Of a stretch of 64,000 nucleotides of DNA, positions 56,922 to 64,000 are shown piece by piece. The stretch's first letter is position 1; each line of letters opens with the position of its first letter. The notes beneath the pieces were generated by a model. The model was given only the letters and a program-made list of their open reading frames with translations. It ran no database searches and was not told where the DNA came from. Source of the DNA: Patescibacteria group bacterium. Lineage in GTDB: Bacteria > Patescibacteriota > Minisyncoccia > Phycocordibacterales > JBBTRF01. Where the stretch lies: positions 33,642 to 97,641 of the forward strand of contig JBBTRF010000001.1 in NCBI GenBank assembly GCA_038065315.1, read 5' to 3'. Position numbers and translations under genes: made by a program.

Positions 56922-58823
56922 CTAGAGCAAGCTATCCGGATCAACCTTGATCGTCCAACGTGGCGACAGGCTCTGAAGACGCTCGATGAGCTGCGGTTTA
57001 GGCCACTCTTTTTTTGGCACCTTGATGAGTGCATGAAGGATTGATGTGCCATTCTTGCCCTTCACAAAAGATGGAAACACGTCCATTTCTTGATCGGCAA
57101 ACACAGTCTTCGCTCTGCTCATCTCGGCGACAATGTCGTCCTTCTTGCCTTCGATCGACAGCTTGATGAGCGTGCTGAAGGGCGGGTAGTGAAATGTTTT
57201 TCGCAAGGCGATCTCTTCGCGGTAGAAGTCGAGGATGTTGCCTTTCAATGCGTAGCCGAAGAGTGGTTGGTCGGGGTTACGGGTCTGCAGCAGGAGCATC
57301 TTCTGCGTGCAAGAGCGAATGTGAAGCAAAATGCTGAGCACTTTTTCGCTGATCTTGAAATCGGGGATAGAGAAGAGAGAGTCGATGGAAGCGATGGCGC
57401 TATTTTCGACGGGAGCATCCAAATACAAGAGCGCCATCTCCGTGCCGATCAAAATGCTACCAGGGGTGTCGTAAAACGCGGCGACCACCTTCGCGCCTTG
57501 CTTGTGCGTGGTGATGGAATCCCGATTGAGTGAGAAAATGTGCGCGTCAGGGACGATCTTGCGTATCTCCTCCTCGATTTTTTCTGTTCCCGCACCGAGC
57601 GTCACCAGCTTCCAGCTATCGCAATTGGTGCAACGCTCCTCGGCTGAACGTCGCTCGCCGCATTTGTGGCACAAAAAGAACGGGCCATTTTTCGAAGCGT
57701 GCAAGACCACAGGGCTCCGGCACTCACGACACACCACGATAGTGCCGCAGTCGCCGCAGATGGTGGTGGGTGACAGACCTTTGCGGGCGACGAAGACGAA
57801 GAGGTGTTCGTTGTTGCGCTGGTTGGCGCGCACGAGCTCGGCAAATTCATCGCTAATGATCTGATATTTTTTCGCAACACCATTGGCTGGCACTTCGGTT
57901 TTGTATCGGCGGAGGTCGGCGACGAAATATTCGCTGGTAGTGAGGGAGCGAAATTTGATTGGATATAATTCTTGGAATTCGCCGTTTTGGTAGCGGTGGA
58001 CAGTCTCGGTCTGCAAAAAGATATCGCCAAAGATGATTTTCGAACGCAGCTGCTTGGCGACGTATTCCGCAAAGGTACGGATATCGAGGTATGGCCGCTG
58101 TTGGGTTTTATATGAACGTGAACTCTCTTTCTCCACGATGATGGCACCAATATCTTTGCGTGGAAGCGATAAAAATGGCCCGGTGGCGATGATCAGTACC
58201 GGGTGATCGATGGCGAGCAGAGCTTTGCAGCGTTGCACCAACTCTTTTTTGCTGAGAGAGCCGTGGAGAATGAACGTGTATTCCTCGATACCTTTTTCGA
58301 GCTTTTTGGCGACAGCGTGAATGTCGTGGATGGTGGGCAGGCAGAAAAAGACCGAGCCTTTGCGTGCGAAGGTCTCGCGAATCAGGCTCTTGTAATGGCC
58401 GAAACGTTCTTCCTCGTCAGTCTGCAAGATGAAGGCTTCGTGGAGCGGCTGCTGACGACGGTCGGTGTGTGTGACGGGGAAGTCAGAGGGGTTTTCGGTA
58501 AGTGCCTTTGGAATGGTGGCGCTGAGGACGGCGCCGGTAGTAGTGGCGAAATAGGTTCCCGCACGTTTGGCAGCTTCGATGAATTCCGGGAGGAAGAAGG
58601 GTGCACTTTTGGTCGAGGAGAGTTTTTTCAACTCAAAAGAGGCGGATTTGATCTCCGATTTTAAATGTTCGGCGCTCTCGCAGGAGACGACCATACCAGA
58701 GACGGCACGTTTGTTGATCGGCACCGTGACGATCGAGCCGAGGACGATTGGCTCTGCGCTGAAATAGGAAAGCGTCTCTCGGCCAAGGCCTTTGGCGAAG
58801 GGGATAACATGGATGATCTGCAC
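56922..58823 (-). CDS. priA: Primosomal protein N' with degenerate helicase motifs
   Basis: N-terminal 3'-DNA-binding domain, four CxxC pairs, GAGTEKIEE, QTRNPD, YPPFS; no GxxGxGKT or DEEH visible. Confidence 0.88.
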   Translation of the reverse strand: MQIIHVIPFAKGLGRETLSYFSAEPIVLGSIVTVPINKRAVSGMVVSCESAEHLKSEIKSASFELKKLSSTKSAPFFLPEFIEAAKRAGTYFATTTGAVLSATIPKALTENPSDFPVTHTDRRQQPLHEAFILQTDEEERFGHYKSLIRETFARKGSVFFCLPTIHDIHAVAKKLEKGIEEYTFILHGSLSKKELVQRCKALLAIDHPVLIIATGPFLSLPRKDIGAIIVEKESSRSYKTQQRPYLDIRTFAEYVAKQLRSKIIFGDIFLQTETVHRYQNGEFQELYPIKFRSLTTSEYFVADLRRYKTEVPANGVAKKYQIISDEFAELVRANQRNNEHLFVFVARKGLSPTTICGDCGTIVVCRECRSPVVLHASKNGPFFLCHKCGERRSAEERCTNCDSWKLVTLGAGTEKIEEEIRKIVPDAHIFSLNRDSITTHKQGAKVVAAFYDTPGSILIGTEMALLYLDAPVENSAIASIDSLFSIPDFKISEKVLSILLHIRSCTQKMLLLQTRNPDQPLFGYALKGNILDFYREEIALRKTFHYPPFSTLIKLSIEGKKDDIVAEMSRAKTVFADQEMDVFPSFVKGKNGTSILHALIKVPKKEWPKPQLIERLQSLSPRWTIKVDPDSLL

Positions 58824-58879
58824 ATACCTATAGTAGCTGTTGCATCGACAAAAAGGAAGTTCCGCCTTACAATCGTGTG

Positions 58880-60232
58880 ATGCATAGAGATTGCTTGATT
58901 ATCGAGGGATTGGCAGGAAAAAAGTCGCTGAAAGGGAAGGTGCAGATTAATGGCGCCAAAAATGCCGTACTCAAGGCCATGGCGGCGAGTGTGCTGTTTG
59001 CCGATGAATTGGTGATTGCGAACGCGCCGGATACCGAGGATGTGAAAAAACTCGCACATTTGTTGCACTTGGCCGGTGCAGAGGTGTCGATGGACGCGGC
59101 AAAAAAAGAAATTCGCATCAATGCTTCGACGATTGTTTCCACCGATCTTGACCACGAGACTACCAAAGCAATGCGAGGCTCGGTGATGCTCACTGGCCCG
59201 CTGCTCGCACGTTTCGGCAAGGTATCTTTCAATGTTCCTGGCGGTTGCGTGATCGGTGCGCGGCCGATCGACCTGTATATTGATGCCTACAAAAAGCTCG
59301 GCGCGAAGGTGGTGGTGAGCGGTGATCATTACACAATCGATGTCGGTCAAGAGAAAAATCTTGTCGGCGCGGAGATCTTCTTTGCGTTGCAGACCGTGGG
59401 TGGCACTGAAACTTTGATGATGGCCTCGGTATTGGCGAAAGGTACGACCGTTTTGAAAAATTGTGCGATGGAGCCGGAGATCGTGAGTCTCGCTGAATTT
59501 TTGGTGCAGTGCGGTGCGAAGATTTCGGGAATTGGTTCGCCGACCATGACCATTGTTGGCGTAGGTCTTTTGAATGCCGATGGCAAAAAGTATCACACGA
59601 TCCCTGATCGCATTGAGGCGGGAAGTTTCTTGTTGCTTGGTGCGCTGTGTGCAGATGATTTGCTCATCGAGCGTTGCAACCCGCTTCATCTTGAGTCGGT
59701 CACTTCGGCTTTGCAGAATGCCGGCGTGCTTCTGGTGATCGGCAAAGACTCAATTTATATTACAGCTAATGCGAAGACGAAATGGGCCAATGTTTCCAGC
59801 TTCAGTGTGCGGACTCATGAGTATCCAGGGTTTCCGACCGACCTACAGCCGCAGATGGTGGCGTTTCTTGCGCACACGGCAGGCGAGGGGATTATGTTTG
59901 AGACGATCTATGAAGGACGATTTAAATATGTGCAGGACCTCATCCGTATGGGCGCCGATATCACCGAAATGAATCCGCGAGAGGTGTTGGTGCGAGGGTT
60001 TGGTGGCGAAGATGCGACTCAAAAAAATGGCGAAACAAAAATGCTGCTTGCGCTCGGCAAAGATGAACCGTTACAGGCACACGACATTCGCGCCGGCTTT
60101 GCGGTGGTGATGGCGGCTTTGGTGGCGAAAGGCACTTCGGTAATCCAGAATGCTTACTACATCGATCGCGGGTACGAGAAGCTCGAAGAGCGCCTCGCTG
60201 CGCTCGGCGCCACTATTCGACGGGAGAAATAG
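58880..60232 (+). CDS. murA: UDP-N-acetylglucosamine 1-carboxyvinyltransferase
   Basis: GAKNAVL, PGGCVIGARPID, PDRIEAG, YPGFPTDLQ, DIRAG, IDRGYE. Confidence 0.96.
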   Translation: MHRDCLIIEGLAGKKSLKGKVQINGAKNAVLKAMAASVLFADELVIANAPDTEDVKKLAHLLHLAGAEVSMDAAKKEIRINASTIVSTDLDHETTKAMRGSVMLTGPLLARFGKVSFNVPGGCVIGARPIDLYIDAYKKLGAKVVVSGDHYTIDVGQEKNLVGAEIFFALQTVGGTETLMMASVLAKGTTVLKNCAMEPEIVSLAEFLVQCGAKISGIGSPTMTIVGVGLLNADGKKYHTIPDRIEAGSFLLLGALCADDLLIERCNPLHLESVTSALQNAGVLLVIGKDSIYITANAKTKWANVSSFSVRTHEYPGFPTDLQPQMVAFLAHTAGEGIMFETIYEGRFKYVQDLIRMGADITEMNPREVLVRGFGGEDATQKNGETKMLLALGKDEPLQAHDIRAGFAVVMAALVAKGTSVIQNAYYIDRGYEKLEERLAALGATIRREK

Positions 60233-60324
60233 TCCCACGTCTTCATTTTTTCTTGATTCTTTTTTGATTGTTCCTTTAGCACTTTTTAGCAGTTTCTCTA
60301 TCACCCTTTTGCTAGGCTTATTGG

Positions 60325-60744
60325 GTGGAAAACGATCGGAAACATACTGAAATAGGATACAAGAAAGATTTCGACGCATGGAATGCGCTGCAGATACGAA
60401 TTCACTCTGATTTCAAGGGGAATGCGTTTGTTCAGGGTGAGGTGTGGTTGGCCTATCTCGGTGTGAACATCGGCCGTGAGCAAGATGGACCACCCCCAGC
60501 TTTTCTACGTCCAGTTCTGATTATCAAAAGATGCAATCAAAGGTTGTGTTGGATACTGCCACTTACACGCCAACGTCCAAAATATCTAACGCATCACGAA
60601 ATTACACGTGTCGGTGAGCCGCCTAGTTTTGTCGTATTTGAACACCTCCGTTCGGTCGACTCCCGTCGTCTCAAAAAGAAGTTGTTCCAATTGGCTGCGG
60701 AAGAGGTCGAGGCGATACGAAAACGCCTCAGAGATTTGCTCTGA
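60325..60744 (+). CDS. Orphan PemK/MazF-family toxin-like endoribonuclease
   Basis: KDFDAWN, GEVWLAYLGVNIGREQDG..FLRPVLII, ILPLT, LRSVDSRRLKKK; no upstream antitoxin ORF. Confidence 0.85.
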   Translation: MENDRKHTEIGYKKDFDAWNALQIRIHSDFKGNAFVQGEVWLAYLGVNIGREQDGPPPAFLRPVLIIKRCNQRLCWILPLTRQRPKYLTHHEITRVGEPPSFVVFEHLRSVDSRRLKKKLFQLAAEEVEAIRKRLRDLL

Positions 60745-60863
60745 GGCGTTTTCGGATTTGGCTCCGCACAGTTATTTCAGCGGAGGGGGCACACCCTCAC
60801 TTGAAGGTGGCCAAGGCATATTTGAAATGACAGCGAAACGCTCCTTCGAGCAGGTTCTGTCAC
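60715..60863 (-). ncRNA. Candidate structured small RNA convergent with the PemK-like gene
   Basis: Minus-strand TTGACG-16-TATGAT (60896-60869), several stems, and a 16-bp perfect hairpin 60718-60754 over the toxin stop codon. Confidence 0.55.
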
Positions 60864-60937
60864 TTGCAATCATATCCTACGACAAAAAAGCGTCAAGTTG
60901 CCGAATACGGCTGCTCGGCGTATGATAACGGCACATT

Positions 60938-61951
60938 ATGGCGCTTTTCACGAAGAAAATCGGTATTGACCTTGGCACGGCGAACACGCTCGTTTTTTTG
61001 CCTGGGAAGGGAATTGTGTTGAATGAGCCCTCGGTGGTGGCCGTGTCCGAGCAGGACAATCGCATTCTCGCGGTGGGTCTCGAAGCGAAGGCGATGATCG
61101 GTCGCACACCCGACAATATCATCGCGTATCGTCCGATGAAGGACGGCGTGATCGCGGACTATCGCGTGACCGAGGCGATGCTGCGCTACTACATGAACAA
61201 AGCGTTGGGGAAGTGGAATCTGCTCAAACCGGAAGTGATGATCTCCGTGCCGGCGGGCGTGACCTCGACTGAACGGCGAGCGGTGATCGAAGCGGCGATC
61301 AAGGCCGGCGCCAAAAATGCGTACGTCGTGAAGGAGCCGATCCTCGCGGCGATTGGCGCCGGCATTCCTATTTATGAAGCTCGCGGGCATATGGTGGTGG
61401 ATATTGGAGGTGGTACCACCGACGTGGCAGTGATCTCGCTTGGCGGCATCGTGTCTTCGACTTCAGTGAAGTGTGCAGGTAATCGTATCGACGCCGCTAT
61501 CGCCGACTATGTGAAGAAGACCTTCAACCTTTCGATCGGCGACAAAATGTCCGAAGATATCAAAATCAATATTGGTTCAGCGGTGCCTCTCGATGAAGAG
61601 CTGGTGATGGTGGTGAAGGGCCGTGATTTTATTACTGGTCTGCCGCGCACTGCCGAGGTGAAGACGAACGAGATCGTGAAAGCGATTGGCAAGGAACTCC
61701 GCGACATGATCAAGGCGATCAAAGATGTATTGCAGGAGACCCCGCCGGAGCTTTCGGCCGACATCATCGACAACGGCATCACGATGACCGGCGGCTCGAG
61801 CATGCTCCGCAATTTCCCCGAGCTCGTGTATCGCCGCACCGGTGTGAAAGCTGTGCTTGCGAAAGATGCTTTGTACTGTGTGGCGAAAGGCACCGGCATC
61901 GCCCTCGAACACCTCGACACCTACAAGAAATCGATTATTACAAAGCGGTAA
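60938..61951 (+). CDS. mreB: Rod shape-determining protein MreB
   Basis: IGIDLGTANT, NEPSVVA, VDIGGGTT, TPPELSADI, TGGSS. Confidence 0.97.
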   Translation: MALFTKKIGIDLGTANTLVFLPGKGIVLNEPSVVAVSEQDNRILAVGLEAKAMIGRTPDNIIAYRPMKDGVIADYRVTEAMLRYYMNKALGKWNLLKPEVMISVPAGVTSTERRAVIEAAIKAGAKNAYVVKEPILAAIGAGIPIYEARGHMVVDIGGGTTDVAVISLGGIVSSTSVKCAGNRIDAAIADYVKKTFNLSIGDKMSEDIKINIGSAVPLDEELVMVVKGRDFITGLPRTAEVKTNEIVKAIGKELRDMIKAIKDVLQETPPELSADIIDNGITMTGGSSMLRNFPELVYRRTGVKAVLAKDALYCVAKGTGIALEHLDTYKKSIITKR

Positions 61952-61974
61952 TCTGCGCTAATTTTTATACATAC

Positions 61975-62673
61975 ATGAGCCAGTATCTCCTCGCTCACAT
62001 CCACCTCGAGACGCTTCATCACGCCTACTGCCTTCATGGCTCGAATGATCTTGCACGTTTTTTTATTTTCCTTGAAGAGCATCTGAATATTCCGACCCAC
62101 GGCAACCCAGATTTTTGGCATGGACAATTTGAGTCGCTAGGAATTGATGAAGCTCGCACGATCAAAGAGATGCAACAGCGCTCCGCAGCTAATGTTGGTG
62201 CGAAGAAAGTGTTCGTAATCTACACTGACACGATCACACATGAAGCGCAGAATGCGTTGCTCAAAGTGCTTGAGGAGCCGACACCCGATACACACTTTTT
62301 TCTGCTGATGCCATCTGTTGAGGTGTTGTTGCCGACGTTGCGTTCGCGACTCGTGATCATGCCTGCCGGTTCGCACAGGGTTGATGCCGACGGGTCGACC
62401 GAAGAGAAAGACGCAGTAAAAATTGCGGAACAATTCCTTGCCTCATCAAAAGGGAAGCGGATGGCACTAGTGAAGACGATTGCCGAAGAAAAAGACAAAC
62501 GCGGTGCGCGGGCCCTCGTTGACGCACTTCTAAAGAACCTCTCAAAAAGTACTCAAGAGACGCAGGTGCACCGCAAGGATCTTGAGGCTTTGCTCGAGAT
62601 GCGTGGGTACCTCAATGATCGTTCGGCGAGCGTGAAGATGATTCTCGAATATCTCGCTCTGACCTTGAAGTGA
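61975..62673 (+). CDS. holB: DNA polymerase III delta' subunit-like
   Basis: HHAY, GIDEAR, EAQNALLKVLEEP, LLPTLRSR. Confidence 0.8.
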   Translation: MSQYLLAHIHLETLHHAYCLHGSNDLARFFIFLEEHLNIPTHGNPDFWHGQFESLGIDEARTIKEMQQRSAANVGAKKVFVIYTDTITHEAQNALLKVLEEPTPDTHFFLLMPSVEVLLPTLRSRLVIMPAGSHRVDADGSTEEKDAVKIAEQFLASSKGKRMALVKTIAEEKDKRGARALVDALLKNLSKSTQETQVHRKDLEALLEMRGYLNDRSASVKMILEYLALTLK

Positions 62674-62720
62674 TCAAGGTGGCCAGTCGAATTGGCAGGG
62701 TGTCTGACAGTGAAGTTTCA

Positions 62721-62782
62721 TACGTGCGGATTTGTCATACGAAAGTATGAGAAAAGTATGAAAAATCCGCACGTACTCAAAA
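62721..62782. repeat. Dispersed palindromic element, copy 3 (inverted relative to copy 1)
   Basis: TACGTGCGGATTTGTCATACGAAAGTATGAGAAAAGTATGAAAAATCCGCACGTACTCAAAA. Confidence 0.85.
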
Positions 62783-62990
62783 GAGCCTCAACAGAGGGCT
62801 TTTTTGTTGTTCATCTGCCCACATCCGGCGGCATGGCCAAGCTATTGACAAATAGCTTCATTTGTGCGAGAATAAAGCAAGTTCGCCAAACCTTGAAATC
62901 TTGGCGGCTCAGCCTAAAACAGGGGGTTTCACCTAATCGGCCGTTGTTCGGTCGGCTCTCTGTGGCGGTTGTGTGTGGCACTTTGTAATT

Positions 62991-63539
62991 ATGAAATTGA
63001 ACCTTGTCGGTATCGGCCGCGGCCTCTTTCGCCGCGGGTTCCTCGCTCTCATCCTCCTCGCCTTCGTCGTCGCACCCTTCACCGGCTGCGTCACGATGTC
63101 CGAGGGCGGCAGCGAAACTCTCTATGTGTCGGTGGACGAAAAGAACGCGAGGATCTACCTCAACGACGTTCTTCTCTCGCCGAATTCATACGCCGCGATC
63201 AGGCTCTCGAAGCGCGGCGGGCCCTACCGGCTCACGGCGCGGAAGATTGGCTTCCACGACAAGAACGCCACGGTCACCTCGCGCGTCAATTGGCGCCGCA
63301 CAGGTGTTCAGTTCCTGGACAATTTGTTTGGGGTGGTCAAGATGGCGTCGTTTGTCGTCGAGGCCAGCACGGGCGGGCTCAAGCAGCTCGACGAGCATAG
63401 CGTGCGACTCGAACTCACTCCACTGAATCAGCCTCCCACCCCGCAGTCATCGACGACAGATAATCGTCGAGATCCCGTCGGTGACCTTCAGCGATGGCGC
63501 TCCGCGGGCAACCCCGGCTACCCACCTGACTGGAAGTAA
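62991..63539 (+). CDS. Putative lipoprotein with PEGA-like domain
   Basis: Signal peptide with FTGC lipobox-like site; NARIYLND...LTARKIGF. Confidence 0.6.
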   Translation: MKLNLVGIGRGLFRRGFLALILLAFVVAPFTGCVTMSEGGSETLYVSVDEKNARIYLNDVLLSPNSYAAIRLSKRGGPYRLTARKIGFHDKNATVTSRVNWRRTGVQFLDNLFGVVKMASFVVEASTGGLKQLDEHSVRLELTPLNQPPTPQSSTTDNRRDPVGDLQRWRSAGNPGYPPDWK

Positions 63540-63647
63540 CTCTCCATCCTCCGTGAGAAGGAAGTCTCACTCAAGCCCCAGCGACCACGTGTTGCTCGGG
63601 CTTTTCTTTTTGCGCGACCGTTTAAATTTTGTTATGATTGCTCCACT

Positions 63648-64000
63648 ATGGCATACAATTTCGCTCCGTTTAAAGACAAGATCAAGCACACCGAAGATTG
63701 GCTTCGCAAGGAATACACTGCTATCCGTACTGGTCAGGCGAGCCCTGCTGTGCTCGACAATGTGATGGTGGAATCATATGGCTCAATGATGCCGGTTTCG
63801 CAAGTGGCGAGCATTGCGATCGAGGATTCGAAGTCGCTGCGAGTCGCGCCGTGGGACGCATCGCTCATTAAAGAGATCGAGAAGGCATTGGTCGCTTCCG
63901 GCTTGGGCTTGTCGATCCGTACCGATGAGAAGGGTGTGCGAGCATCGTTCCCGGCTCTCACCGAAGAGCGTCGTACTGCCCTTATTAAATTGGCGAAAGA
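63648..64000 (+). CDS. frr: Ribosome recycling factor (runs off the window end)
   Basis: Manual translation: IRTGQASPAVLD.V.VESYG...PWDASLIKEIEKA...FPALTEERR. Not in the ORF track because no stop lies in the window. Confidence 0.95.
   Translation, partial: MAYNFAPFKDKIKHTEDWLRKEYTAIRTGQASPAVLDNVMVESYGSMMPVSQVASIAIEDSKSLRVAPWDASLIKEIEKALVASGLGLSIRTDEKGVRASFPALTEERRTALIKLAK

Noticed and set aside
7052-62782. Palindromic repeats as a CRISPR array
   Set aside because: The copies are isolated and tens of kb apart, with no spacers and no cas genes.
1-64000. Second VR/remote DGR target, prophage, rRNA or IS element in the window
   Set aside because: No further match to TR-invariant segments (CTCCCCGACGGC, ATCGGTGGTCGCGAG) and no phage, transposase or rRNA signatures were seen by eye. 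A computed search could still find weak matches.
1-64000. Alternative genetic code (TGA recoding as in Gracilibacteria/Absconditabacteria)
   Set aside because: Core genes are full length under code 11, and TGA ends several of them (e.g. def, holB, DUF167).

Overview
This 64-kb window looks like chromosomal DNA from a small-genome bacterium, most likely Patescibacteria/CPR (Parcubacteria-like). That assignment is inferred from gene content and style: short hinge-less Smc, degenerate PriA, class F sortase and a CPR-type DGR. Housekeeping genes (smc, rnr, rpsP-khpA-trmD, rpoB-rpoC, dnaG-rpoD, hisS, typA, two truB, lexA, hpf, fmt-def, priA, murA, mreB, holB, frr, tRNA-Asn) alternate with single-gene accessory cassettes. 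The main system is a diversity-generating retroelement (DGR) at about 31.8-34.6 kb. Its target-gene variable repeat (VR, 32556-32671) differs from the template repeat (TR, 32982-33097) at 19 of 116 positions, all of them TR adenines. Its avd and reverse transcriptase (RT) genes are divergent and overlap head-to-head across a G10 tract, and adding one G puts both in frame with ATG starts. This is either a phase-variable ON/OFF switch or a homopolymer error. Two orphan RNase-toxin-like genes (53822-54295, and PemK-like 60325-60744) are each followed by a convergent promoter, a structured small RNA and a terminator, which suggests an RNA-antitoxin system. Also present: a three-copy palindromic element, one copy upstream of a ribbon-helix-helix gene; a GAAC-N4-GTTC LexA box; and a pervasive leaderless-mRNA pattern. 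All calls come from reading the sequence and recognising motifs; no database searches were run.
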